From the NCBI GenBank assembly GCA_035559295.1, contig DATMBL010000011.1, positions 1 to 55,428 of the forward strand: DNA of 55,428 nucleotides, written 5' to 3'. A program made the translations under genes and the position numbers. The notes under the pieces were generated by a model. It was not told the DNA's origin, made no database searches, and worked only from the letters and a program-made list of their open reading frames with translations. Positions 27,656 through 35,995 of the stretch are shown piece after piece. Positions within the stretch are counted from its first letter, which is position 1. Every line of letters begins with the position of its first letter. Source of the DNA: Candidatus Eiseniibacteriota bacterium. Its GTDB lineage: Bacteria > Desulfobacterota > Binatia > UBA9968.

Positions 27656-29305
27656 TCAGGCATCATCGCCTTCCATAGAGGTGCGAGGAACGAAAACAGC
27701 GGCCGTCGAATCCTCATACACGAGATCGAATCTACGATCCATTCGAAGTAACGACGTCAGTGCCCAATGCTTTCCGGTAATTACGAGCTTGGAAGCTAAG
27801 AGTTCAGGATCAGAATCCCAGCCCGGTTGGCCAAACCATGTAGTGATCGAGCGCTCTATGCGTCGATCTCCGTGTACATTTGTACGGCCGTCCATCGAGA
27901 CGCGCAGTTCCGGTAAACTCCAGATGAGGAAGCCTCCCCAATTGAAATGATTGAATAGAGGTCCGCCGTAACCGGCTGTCCTAATATAGCGCACGGCTGC
28001 TACCGGGAAATGTTTTGCGACGGTATCCTGCAGGCTACGTTCTGATACTTGACGGTGGTGTATCAGAACGTAGAGAGGCAAGGCCACAAGTGGGCAGACG
28101 ACAAACGCATGCCAAGCCTTCAAAGCAAAGGAATCGGTCCGTGCCGTCGACCCTAGCCGCTCGCTCAATACCATCGCACCCGTTATCGCCAACACCCAGC
28201 TGTCTCGCTTAGCACTGAACCCGAGAAACATGCCCATCAACAGGAGCGTTACGGCGAAAGGATTCCAATCCTTTCGCCAACCCAGCACGTAGACGGCCGC
28301 GAAACCGAGCAGTAGGAGAATCAGCTCGGGCGCCGACCTGAATCGCAACGGTTGGAACTCACTGACCACGTGAAAAACCGTCGTGTGTTGAACGTAGTCC
28401 ATCACGGGCCAAAATATCTTCATTTGATACGGATTAACCGCGACCGCCAACACACAGGCGAAGGCGATAAGAATAGCGGCGATGACCGATTTCTTATGGG
28501 ACTCCGAACCGGCAAACGCCTTCCATAGAATCTCTGCCAGTAGTAACGCAACGACGGCGAGACCGTAAACAAACTGAATATGGAGGTTTGCCCAGAGCGC
28601 GAACACTGGGGGCAGGAGCCAGAGCACGCGAATATTTCCCGACCGCCTTGCTTGACCGATAATGCCCAGCTCCACCGAAAGGAACAGAATGGAAAAAAGC
28701 CAGGGCCGGGGTGTGAGCAGAGGTATAAGCGCTATGAAGACGAGAGCGAGCAGGACGGTTTCGACTAACAGCGAGGGACGAAAAGCTCGAATCATTAGGT
28801 GAGTAGTGACGGCAATACACAGCGACAGCCCGAGTACTAATATGACGATGCCATTGAGACCAAAGGCTCTGTAAAGGAGATAAACGAAAACCTCGAATAG
28901 CCAACTGTAAGCAATCCAAGTCTGACCAGTGCCGAAGGTTGAAAACGGGTCTTCGGTGGGCACCATGCGGTGTTGGATAATCCATTCACCGGTTTTGAGG
29001 TGCCACCATATGTCAGGATCCAAAACGATGGTCGATGTTACCGCGGGCGCTGCGAGCACGAGATAGCATAGTGCAATTATGACCAACCGCACACTTGTGA
29101 AATGAACATTGTGCATCGCTGGTAAAGCCGTAACCGGTGTGGCAGGCAGAAAATGGGCCCCGTTTTGCTGCACGGCAGGACCGAAAACAGCAAGTTCCAT
29201 GCTAAGGCTGGTTTGGGTGAAGCTGGACGTTTTTGTTCGGTTTTGTCGCTTCTCGAGCGACACTTTCAGCCCTCGGGCACTGCTTGTCTCATGAATTTGT
29301 CGCAC
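27656..29305 (-). CDS. Polytopic membrane protein, GT-C-like glycosyltransferase candidate
   Basis: It has about 12 hydrophobic segments and then a roughly 130-aa soluble C-terminal domain. 'LDPDIWWHLKTGEW' in the first predicted loop resembles a GT-C DxD loop. The start is uncertain, with Met codons at 29305, 29200 and 29116. Confidence 0.45.
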   Translation of the reverse strand: MRQIHETSSARGLKVSLEKRQNRTKTSSFTQTSLSMELAVFGPAVQQNGAHFLPATPVTALPAMHNVHFTSVRLVIIALCYLVLAAPAVTSTIVLDPDIWWHLKTGEWIIQHRMVPTEDPFSTFGTGQTWIAYSWLFEVFVYLLYRAFGLNGIVILVLGLSLCIAVTTHLMIRAFRPSLLVETVLLALVFIALIPLLTPRPWLFSILFLSVELGIIGQARRSGNIRVLWLLPPVFALWANLHIQFVYGLAVVALLLAEILWKAFAGSESHKKSVIAAILIAFACVLAVAVNPYQMKIFWPVMDYVQHTTVFHVVSEFQPLRFRSAPELILLLLGFAAVYVLGWRKDWNPFAVTLLLMGMFLGFSAKRDSWVLAITGAMVLSERLGSTARTDSFALKAWHAFVVCPLVALPLYVLIHHRQVSERSLQDTVAKHFPVAAVRYIRTAGYGGPLFNHFNWGGFLIWSLPELRVSMDGRTNVHGDRRIERSITTWFGQPGWDSDPELLASKLVITGKHWALTSLLRMDRRFDLVYEDSTAAVFVPRTSMEGDDA

Positions 29306-29589
29306 CCCGGTTGTAAGACTCGTCCGCTGTACTTCCGATCACCTCTTGCGAGCGGCCAAGGCGTCTAGAACGCGCGATAATCTGACTTTTTTGCAGCCAA
29401 AAAGCGTTATTGGCAGGTTTGGGCTAGCCGTTCGCGCCCATTTGATTCCATGTGAAATCAGGATATCATCCGGCCTACTTGCCTCGGGCGAACCGAAGAC
29501 GACCGCCAAATGCGGAACGGGGGTGGCCAGAGCCCTGAGAGTCGACGCACCGGTTGGGCGGATCCCAATCACAACCGAAAGGCAAAACA

Positions 29590-30330
29590 ATGATGCGAAC
29601 TATATTGGGAGCGGGCTTGAGTTGGAAGATCACGCGCATTTTCGTGATCATGATGACTGTTATGGGAGTCCTGCTGGTTGCAATTGTTTATACGATGACC
29701 GCACGCGCGCTCAAGGAGCAATTGGGACATCGGGTGGCGGCGATCGCGACCAACCTGAGCGATGCCGCAGCCGGCCCACTCTCGAGAAGGAACCACCTTG
29801 AGCTCCATGCACTGGTTGCCAAATACGCTCGGCTGGAAGGGATCGCTTATGCGACGATCGAAAATCAAACCGGCGCAGTCATTGCTCACAGTAGCGGAGC
29901 TTTCCACGAGGCGCCGCGCGTCAACCGGGCATCGGACCCGAGAGAACCTCGGCGGAACGAATTGGTTGTCGGAGACCGGCGGGTACTGGAGGTTGGTATG
30001 CCGGTCCTCGAGGGGCAGCTGGGGTTGGCTCGGGTGGGAATCTGGGGGGACGTCGTGGAAGCCGAAATTTACCGGGAACTCGTTCCTTTGATATCGCTCC
30101 TGGGCGCAGTCTTGGTGATCGGAACGTTCTTATTCATCGCTGTCGCGCGGAGCATCGTACGACCGATTCTGGGTCTAACCGAAATAGCAGTGAAGATGAG
30201 CCGCGGTGACCTGGAGACGCCCATCGGAGTGGACCGCAGCGATGAGTTAGGTGAATTGGCGCGCTCCTTGGAGCGTATGCGGGCCAGTCTTCGCGCCGCC
30301 ATGCTCCGGCTGGCGAGAGAGCATGGCTGA
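29590..30330 (+). CDS. TM-sensor-TM-HAMP protein without output domain (paralog 1)
   Basis: It has two TM helices flanking a roughly 150-aa extracytoplasmic domain. A HAMP follows ('IVRPILGLTEIAVKMSRGDLETPIGVDRSDELGELARSLERMRASL') and the protein ends about 15 aa later. It is a paralog of 47132-47917. Confidence 0.75.
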   Translation: MMRTILGAGLSWKITRIFVIMMTVMGVLLVAIVYTMTARALKEQLGHRVAAIATNLSDAAAGPLSRRNHLELHALVAKYARLEGIAYATIENQTGAVIAHSSGAFHEAPRVNRASDPREPRRNELVVGDRRVLEVGMPVLEGQLGLARVGIWGDVVEAEIYRELVPLISLLGAVLVIGTFLFIAVARSIVRPILGLTEIAVKMSRGDLETPIGVDRSDELGELARSLERMRASLRAAMLRLAREHG

Positions 30331-30421
30331 AAACGAATGTCCTCGGAGCGCTCCCCGGATTCGAGCCGCGGGCACGGATTTCAGTGTGGCGTGATCACCG
30401 GCAGGGTCGGCGAAAGCGCTG

Positions 30422-30763
30422 CTATTGGTAGTCGCGCTTTACCTGCTCGGGCGGAATAATCCATGCGCCGGCGCACGCCCGGCGGGCGACTTCCCCGATT
30501 TCCCTACCGTTGGTGCCGCCCTCATAGTTTCCAGCTACGCCGTACGTTGCAGTATATGCGACCGCTGTCAGCGCCTGCGTACCGATACAGGTGGTTAGTT
30601 TGATCGGTAGATGGAGCACCGACAGAAGCACGCTCCCGGTTACCGCCAATCCGTCCTCGAGCCCGCCTTGAGCGGCGGCGGGCCGGGCGACGGAAAACGT
30701 CGACGCCAAGCACAGGGCCGACAAAGTAGCCGTCCATCGAGTTTTCACGGACCCTCCTTTCAA
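30422..30763 (-). CDS. Small secreted hypothetical protein
   Basis: 113-aa ORF with a signal peptide 'TATLSALCLASTFSVARPAAAQ'. I recognised no family. Confidence 0.4.
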   Translation of the reverse strand: MKGGSVKTRWTATLSALCLASTFSVARPAAAQGGLEDGLAVTGSVLLSVLHLPIKLTTCIGTQALTAVAYTATYGVAGNYEGGTNGREIGEVARRACAGAWIIPPEQVKRDYQ

Positions 30764-30867
30764 CGTAGCGTGATCATAATGCAGCAGCCCGCCCTGATCT
30801 GATGATAGCTCGACAACCGCGGCTGCAGATCCCCGCTACGGTCCTCGCGCGACAAATCGTACGATGA

Positions 30868-32181
30868 TTATAGCTCTTTGGCAACGAGCTGCGCAGGTTC
30901 TGGTACGGGTAACGGGCGCCCGAACATTCGTGATATTTCGCTCCCGATCCTCGGATGGCCAAAATAGTAGCCCTGTGCCTCATCGCACTCCAACCGGGAA
31001 AGCATTTCCTTGGCCGCCGCGGTTTCCACTCCCTCGGCCACGACGTTCAGACCGAGGTTGTGCGCTAGATCGATAATCGATCGCACGATGAGTGTGTTTT
31101 CTTTCACCGATCCGAGGCTTTGGATAAAGCTCTTGTCGATTTTGATCGTGGTCACCGGGAGCCGACTCAAATATGCGAGAGAAGAGTATCCGGTGCCGAA
31201 ATCGTCAATGGCGAGGCGAACGCCGAGGCGCCGAATTTCTTGCAGAGTGCAGAGGGTGCGCTCGGGGTCATCCATAATTGCACTTTCGGTTATTTCGAGC
31301 TCGAGCTCGCGCGCCGCGATTCCGGTATCGCGCAGGAGCCCGGCAATCTGGCCCGGTAGTTCGGGAGCGGGCAAGTTCAGCATCGAGAGATTCACCGCAA
31401 CCGTAAGTTCGATGCCCGCGCGGCGCCATGCACCGCATTGGAGAAGTGATCGGTGCAGAACCCAAAGTGTCAGCGGTGTGATAAGACCGGTCTGTTCCGC
31501 GACCGGGATGAACTCGTCGGGTTCAATGAGGCCGAACTGAGGATGATTCCACCGCACCAGGGATTCGACTCCGGAGAGGAGTCCGGTTCTCAGATTCACT
31601 TTGGGTTGGAACACCAGGAAGAGTTGGTCTTCAACGATCGACTGCCGGAGATCGCTCATGCGCAAGGCCCTGTACGCCGACTCGAGCGCCGGTTGCGAGT
31701 AGACGACGAGCCTATCGCCGCCGCGCTCGGCGGCGTTGAGAGCTTGGGAGGCGTGCTCGACCAATGCGTCAGCCGTTCTGCTCTGGGCGGGGAAAAGCGC
31801 GATGCCGATGCGGGCCCGTAACCTGACGCGGCGCTCGTCGAGGAGCAGCGGCTGATCGAACGCATTCAGGATTTTCTTCGCGACGACCACGGCATCGTCG
31901 CTCCCGCGGACGGATGGTAGGAGCACCGCCAATCGGCCGCCCTCGAGTTGAAACGTTGTGTCGGATTCTCGCAGGACGGCGCGAATGTGCAGGGACGCTT
32001 GTTGGACCATCTGGGTTCGGCCGGTCCCGTCGCGGGTGGAACCCGCGTAGGCGTCGATGCCAATGAGGAGAAGCGCCACCTCGCGTCTGACGCGTCGGGC
32101 AGCCGCCAAGACACTACGCAACTGGAGGTGGAGGGGAGATTGAGAGAGAAAATTGGAAAACTGAGCCATTACGAGATACAA
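30868..32181 (-). CDS. Degenerate-GGDEF / EAL-domain c-di-GMP phosphodiesterase
   Basis: The EAL residues are present ('ESLVRW', 'VNLS', 'EITE', 'DDFGTGYSSL', 'KIDKSF', 'EGVET', 'QGY'). The GGDEF site is degenerate ('EGGRLAVLL') but keeps an RxxD-like 'RESD'. Confidence 0.9.
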   Translation of the reverse strand: MYLVMAQFSNFLSQSPLHLQLRSVLAAARRVRREVALLLIGIDAYAGSTRDGTGRTQMVQQASLHIRAVLRESDTTFQLEGGRLAVLLPSVRGSDDAVVVAKKILNAFDQPLLLDERRVRLRARIGIALFPAQSRTADALVEHASQALNAAERGGDRLVVYSQPALESAYRALRMSDLRQSIVEDQLFLVFQPKVNLRTGLLSGVESLVRWNHPQFGLIEPDEFIPVAEQTGLITPLTLWVLHRSLLQCGAWRRAGIELTVAVNLSMLNLPAPELPGQIAGLLRDTGIAARELELEITESAIMDDPERTLCTLQEIRRLGVRLAIDDFGTGYSSLAYLSRLPVTTIKIDKSFIQSLGSVKENTLIVRSIIDLAHNLGLNVVAEGVETAAAKEMLSRLECDEAQGYYFGHPRIGSEISRMFGRPLPVPEPAQLVAKEL

Positions 32182-32464
32182 AACCGGTTCGGCACAAGAG
32201 TCGTGAATTTTGATTCTGCAAACGGAGCAGGGGCAGCAATGAGTATGCCGTTTCGTTTTGGGACGCCATTGATTGTATTTTCAACCGTTTAGGATAAATC
32301 GCCGACACACCGGGAAACGGCACCGGCATGCTGTCTCTTTACGAAAGCGACAAAATGGGCCGCCCAGAGTGACAGGATTGTGCAGGCGGCACCGTATAAC
32401 CACAGTCGTCGGGGAGTGTCGACAGCTGCCGAAATCTGGGGATTCGCAGGAGAAGCGAAGAGGG

Positions 32465-33640
32465 TTATCCCACGGCACGGGTCGGTTCGCTGGCCTTATC
32501 AACACCGCTCGAGTGCAGGGAGGGATCGAGCCTAGTTCGATAGGGCAGTTTGATCAGGCCAAGGAGTTGCCGGCGTTTCGACTCCCGTTGCTCGTAAAGA
32601 CGCGGAAGAATAATTCTGAAAGTTGAACCCTTCCCAACCTCGCTCTCGACCGTGATCGTCCCGCGGATCTGTTCGACGTGCTTTTTGACGATGCTCAGTC
32701 CAAGCCCGATGCCGCCACGCGCATTTTCTGTGGAGGTCTTGTGCACCTGGACGAAGGGATCAAAAATCGTTTTTAAAAACTTTTCAGGAATACCGATGCC
32801 GGTATCGGTGACCTCGAGGATGACATCTTTAGTGCGCAAAGCCTGGAGCCGCATCGTGATCGATCCGCGGTCGGTGTACTTCAACGCGTTCTGGAGTAAA
32901 TTGCTGAGGATTTCCTTGAGCCGGTCTGTGTCGGTTCGGATCATGATCGGCTCGCTTGGAATCTCCCAGTGAAGGGCGAGGCCTTTTTGCCTGCATAAAA
33001 AATCAAACGTTTCCCGCAGGTCGTTGACGACGGTGTTGACACACGAGTCTTGAATGCGAAGGGGCTGCCGGTTCGCTTCCAGTCGCGAAAAGATCAGAAT
33101 CTGATCGATCATTTCCCTTAAGTGGTTGGACTGCTTTCCTACGACGGTCAATATCTCCTGATGTTTTGCGTCAATCTGGCCGTAGAGGCCGTCCGTCAAA
33201 CATTCGACATACCCGATGATAACCGCCAGCGGTGTTCGCAACTCATGGGAGACCTGGTTGAGAAACTCGGATTTCATGCGGGCGAGCTTTTCCGCCTGTT
33301 CCTTCTGGCGTTTGAGCACTTCCACGAACGACTCGTCCTTCGGCTTGGGATCCGATACCGCCGCGCCGATCACAAGACCCATCATGACGACAGCGAAGAA
33401 GGCGAGACCGCCGTAAACGAGAACGTCTCTGTTACTCGTAAGCACCTTCGCCCAATAGGTGATTTTCTCCTCGAGGCCCTGCGACCGACGATTGCCCTCG
33501 AACCGGGGGGACAGTTGCCTTTTGACGATCTCCGTCGAAGCCGGGCTGCGCTTAAAGGATTTGTGAACGAGGAGAGTGGAAGCGGTGGCGGAAAGCGCGA
33601 CGAAGAACAGGCCGCCGATGAGGACGCGACGCAAGATCAT
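32465..33640 (-). CDS. Membrane sensor histidine kinase
   Basis: It has two TM segments, HisKA 'SHELRTPLAVIIGY' and HATPase 'VTDTGIGIP' and 'GIGLGLSIVKKHVE'. Confidence 0.88.
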   Translation of the reverse strand: MILRRVLIGGLFFVALSATASTLLVHKSFKRSPASTEIVKRQLSPRFEGNRRSQGLEEKITYWAKVLTSNRDVLVYGGLAFFAVVMMGLVIGAAVSDPKPKDESFVEVLKRQKEQAEKLARMKSEFLNQVSHELRTPLAVIIGYVECLTDGLYGQIDAKHQEILTVVGKQSNHLREMIDQILIFSRLEANRQPLRIQDSCVNTVVNDLRETFDFLCRQKGLALHWEIPSEPIMIRTDTDRLKEILSNLLQNALKYTDRGSITMRLQALRTKDVILEVTDTGIGIPEKFLKTIFDPFVQVHKTSTENARGGIGLGLSIVKKHVEQIRGTITVESEVGKGSTFRIILPRLYEQRESKRRQLLGLIKLPYRTRLDPSLHSSGVDKASEPTRAVG

Positions 33641-33642
33641 GG

Positions 33643-34602
33643 TCAGGAATGCGCTGGCAGCGGGGCTGGGCCGTTTTTGGCTGTGTCCGGCGCATGACCT
33701 TCGATTCGATCCTTGCCTTTGTGCTTGGCGGAATAAAGGGCGCGGTCCGCGTCATCCAACATGTCTTTCCAGTTTGTGTACGGCTTTACGGACGTTGAAC
33801 TCAGCCCGATGCTGACCGTGAGAGCGAACATTTTGCCGGGACTGCCGAAGGTGCTCGAACGGATTTCCTGATGGATTTTGGTTGCGGCCTGAAGCGCATT
33901 CTCGTAATCGGTTTCGGGCAGGACCAACACAAACTCTTCGCCGCCAAACCGCGCGGGGAAGTCGCTGCGCCGCGTCTTTTCGCGCAGCGTCGCGGCAATT
34001 TTCACCAGCGCGGCGTCGCCGCCGTGGTGTCCGTAGGTATCGTTAATGTTTTTAAAATTATCGATATCCAAAATCAGGACCGAAATCGGATGATGGTAAC
34101 GTTGCGCGCGCTCAAATTCTTCAGAGATTCTTTTCTCGAATCCGCGCCGATTGAAAAGCCCGGTGAGAGAATCGACCTGCGTCTGGTGCTCGAGATGCTG
34201 CTGGTACTGAACAACTCGAGAGCCGACACGCACCCGAGCAAGCAGTTCTGAAAACGAGAATGGCTTTGTGATGTAATCGTCGGCGCCGAGGTCGAGACCT
34301 CGGACGCGATCGCCTTCCTGAATGCGAGCGGTAATGAGGATAAGATAAATATGCTTTAAAGCGGCGTCGCTACGAATTCTTCGAATCAGCTCAAAGCCAT
34401 CCAGCTTCGGCATCATGATATCTGAGAGCACAATCTGAGCATGGGCGTGCGCCAGCTTTTCGAGCGCGTCGACACCGTTTTCGGCCGTGATTACCTGGTA
34501 GCCTTCTCGCCTGAGGACCACGGCCAGCAATTCACGCTGATCGACGTGGTCCTCAATGATCAAGACCGTGAGCGGTAACGTTTCCTGGGAGTTTTTAGCC
34601 AT
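33643..34602 (-). CDS. Response regulator with diguanylate cyclase output (REC-GGDEF)
   Basis: REC 'VLIIEDHVDQ...VLSDIMMPKLDG', the active site 'GGEEF', and the I-site 'RRSD' five residues upstream. The ATG is at 34602. There is a 2-nt gap to the downstream kinase. Confidence 0.92.
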   Translation of the reverse strand: MAKNSQETLPLTVLIIEDHVDQRELLAVVLRREGYQVITAENGVDALEKLAHAHAQIVLSDIMMPKLDGFELIRRIRSDAALKHIYLILITARIQEGDRVRGLDLGADDYITKPFSFSELLARVRVGSRVVQYQQHLEHQTQVDSLTGLFNRRGFEKRISEEFERAQRYHHPISVLILDIDNFKNINDTYGHHGGDAALVKIAATLREKTRRSDFPARFGGEEFVLVLPETDYENALQAATKIHQEIRSSTFGSPGKMFALTVSIGLSSTSVKPYTNWKDMLDDADRALYSAKHKGKDRIEGHAPDTAKNGPAPLPAHS

Positions 34603-34671
34603 GGATGGTTCGCGAGTTGTTTTTACGATCTTTTGAGCGCGGCCTTGGCCGGTTGCGGGGGGTGAGAAACA

Positions 34672-34686
34672 GCAAAACACATACCA
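34672..34686 (-). promoter_or_regulatory. Sigma-54-like promoter candidate for the REC-GGDEF/HK operon
   Basis: The minus strand reads TGGTAT-GTGTT-TTGC with correct GG/GC spacing, about 70 nt upstream of the ATG at 34602. The -24 box is weaker than consensus. Confidence 0.35.
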
Positions 34687-34976
34687 GCGGGCCGGAAATC
34701 GCCCATTACCGGCGGGCGAATCAGGACAGGACCGGCTAAGCGCGCTTCAATCATGATTGGCGATAACACCTTAGGTCGTTGCTATTGTCAACAGTGCGTT
34801 CCCGAATGACCGCTCAGTAGGCGAAAAGACCCGCATGACCGACGACCTCGCCGCCGTTCGTTTTTTGACAAATTGGTTGGTTCGACCTGTCATTTTTGTC
34901 AGCCAGAAATTGCGGCCACCGATAGACATCGACGGATAAGCACTTAAAAAACGGGTTCTCCGCGCCTGGCATGGAA

Positions 34977-34991
34977 GCTGCTGTTTCACGG
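34977..34991 (+). promoter_or_regulatory. Sigma-54 promoter candidate upstream of flp
   Basis: The plus strand reads TGGCAT-GGAAG-CTGC with correct GG-N10-GC spacing. It lies about 90 nt upstream of the flp ATG. Confidence 0.5.
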
Positions 34992-35080
34992 GCCGGCGAG
35001 ACGGACCGAGAAACAATGGCGGCCCGTCGAAAAACCTTGCGGGTCATACCGGCCCGATTTGAAAGGAGGTGAATTGTAGA

Positions 35081-35275
35081 ATGCAGCTTCTCAAACGGTT
35101 GGTGGCTGAGGAGGAAGGTCAAGGACTCGTCGAGTATACCTTGATCGTTCTGCTCGTCGCATTGGTTTTCTGGGTCGCGATTAAGGGAACGAACATCGGT
35201 AATGAGTTAGGGAACGGCTGGAATAAGATTACGAATTGCGTGTCCGATCCGACCTCATGTACCAGCTCATCGTAA
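35081..35275 (+). CDS. flp: Flp-family type IVb pilin
   Basis: 64 aa, with AGGAGG 10 nt upstream. The Flp motif is 'EEG/QGLVEYTLIVLLVAL', with Glu5-Tyr6 after the predicted cleavage Gly. The mature protein would be about 51 aa. Confidence 0.88.
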   Translation: MQLLKRLVAEEEGQGLVEYTLIVLLVALVFWVAIKGTNIGNELGNGWNKITNCVSDPTSCTSSS

Positions 35276-35298
35276 GACGGCGTATCTAATCGGCACCT

Positions 35299-35328
35299 TC
35301 AGGGGCGGGATTTCGGTCTCGCCCCTGA
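35299..35328 (+). terminator. Strong stem-loop after flp (attenuator or mRNA-stabilising hairpin, no U-tract)
   Basis: TCAGGGGCG(gga)tttcgg(tct)CGCCCCTGA forms 9 Watson-Crick pairs, extendable to 12. It starts 24 nt after the flp stop. Confidence 0.5.
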
Positions 35329-35389
35329 GTCGTTCGGCGGTCGGTTAGTTCCTCAGCTCTAATGGATATTCACAGCATGTGAACCCGGG

Positions 35390-35929
35390 ATGATCCTGCT
35401 GGACGTTAGTGTGACTGCTTTCACGAGTTTCGTGGCGCTGTACGACGTAAGCGAGCGAAGAATTCCAAACTGGCTTATTCTCACGGGCGTGACGGCAGCA
35501 ATCATCATTAACCTCCCGAAGGGAATCCACGGACTGTCGCAGAGCGTCCTCGGGTTTGCCATTGGTGTCAGTCTGCTCGTCATTCCTTTTGCGCTCGGTT
35601 GGCTCGGTGCTGGTGACGTTAAAGCCTTTGCAGTGATAGGCGCTTTGTTGGGGCCGGCCTGGCTCCCCCGAATCGCCTTCTACACTGCCGTTGTAGCCGG
35701 CCTGATCGGGGCTGGCTATGTGGTTGTAAATCGGCTCCACCTTCAGGGTTTTAAAGTAATGTGGACGGATTTTCGGCTTGCAATAGCAAGCTTTGGCCAC
35801 ATTTTTCCAGAACATGTCACGACAAGCCAGGCCAAACAGCGTCATTACATGCCATGGGCCGTCGCGCTCGGCGCTGGCACCATAATCGCTTACTATCTGG
35901 ACCCTCAAGGCCGCTGGGCCGGCTTTTAG
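35390..35929 (+). CDS. cpaA: Prepilin peptidase CpaA/TadV (A24 family)
   Basis: This polytopic 179-aa ORF has 'YDVSERRIPNWL' and 'LGAGDVKAF', the two catalytic Asp regions. Confidence 0.85.
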   Translation: MILLDVSVTAFTSFVALYDVSERRIPNWLILTGVTAAIIINLPKGIHGLSQSVLGFAIGVSLLVIPFALGWLGAGDVKAFAVIGALLGPAWLPRIAFYTAVVAGLIGAGYVVVNRLHLQGFKVMWTDFRLAIASFGHIFPEHVTTSQAKQRHYMPWAVALGAGTIIAYYLDPQGRWAGF

Positions 35930-35995
35930 AAAATTTAGAAACGCGTTGTTCAGCTCCGAACGCGTCTGGAACATTCCGACGGGAAGGGGAGGCCT

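Noticed and set aside
29411-29425. A sigma-54-like sequence, TGGCAG-GTTTG-GGCT, upstream of HAMP paralog 1.
   Set aside because: The GC doublet is one position too close to the GG doublet, so the -24/-12 spacing is wrong.
29590-30330. The idea that the HAMP-only ORFs are truncated histidine kinases or MCP pseudogenes.
   Set aside because: Both paralogs stop at the same position after a conserved C-terminal helix. They lie in different contexts, and the sequence downstream is short (30-90 nt) before an unrelated gene. It is kept as a test under would_refute rather than as the primary reading.
32182-32464. A 283-nt leader upstream of the EAL gene, examined as a possible c-di-GMP riboswitch or sigma-54 promoter.
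   Set aside because: I could not recognise GEMM-type conserved blocks or a correctly spaced GG/GC pair by eye. A covariance-model scan would be needed to exclude it formally.
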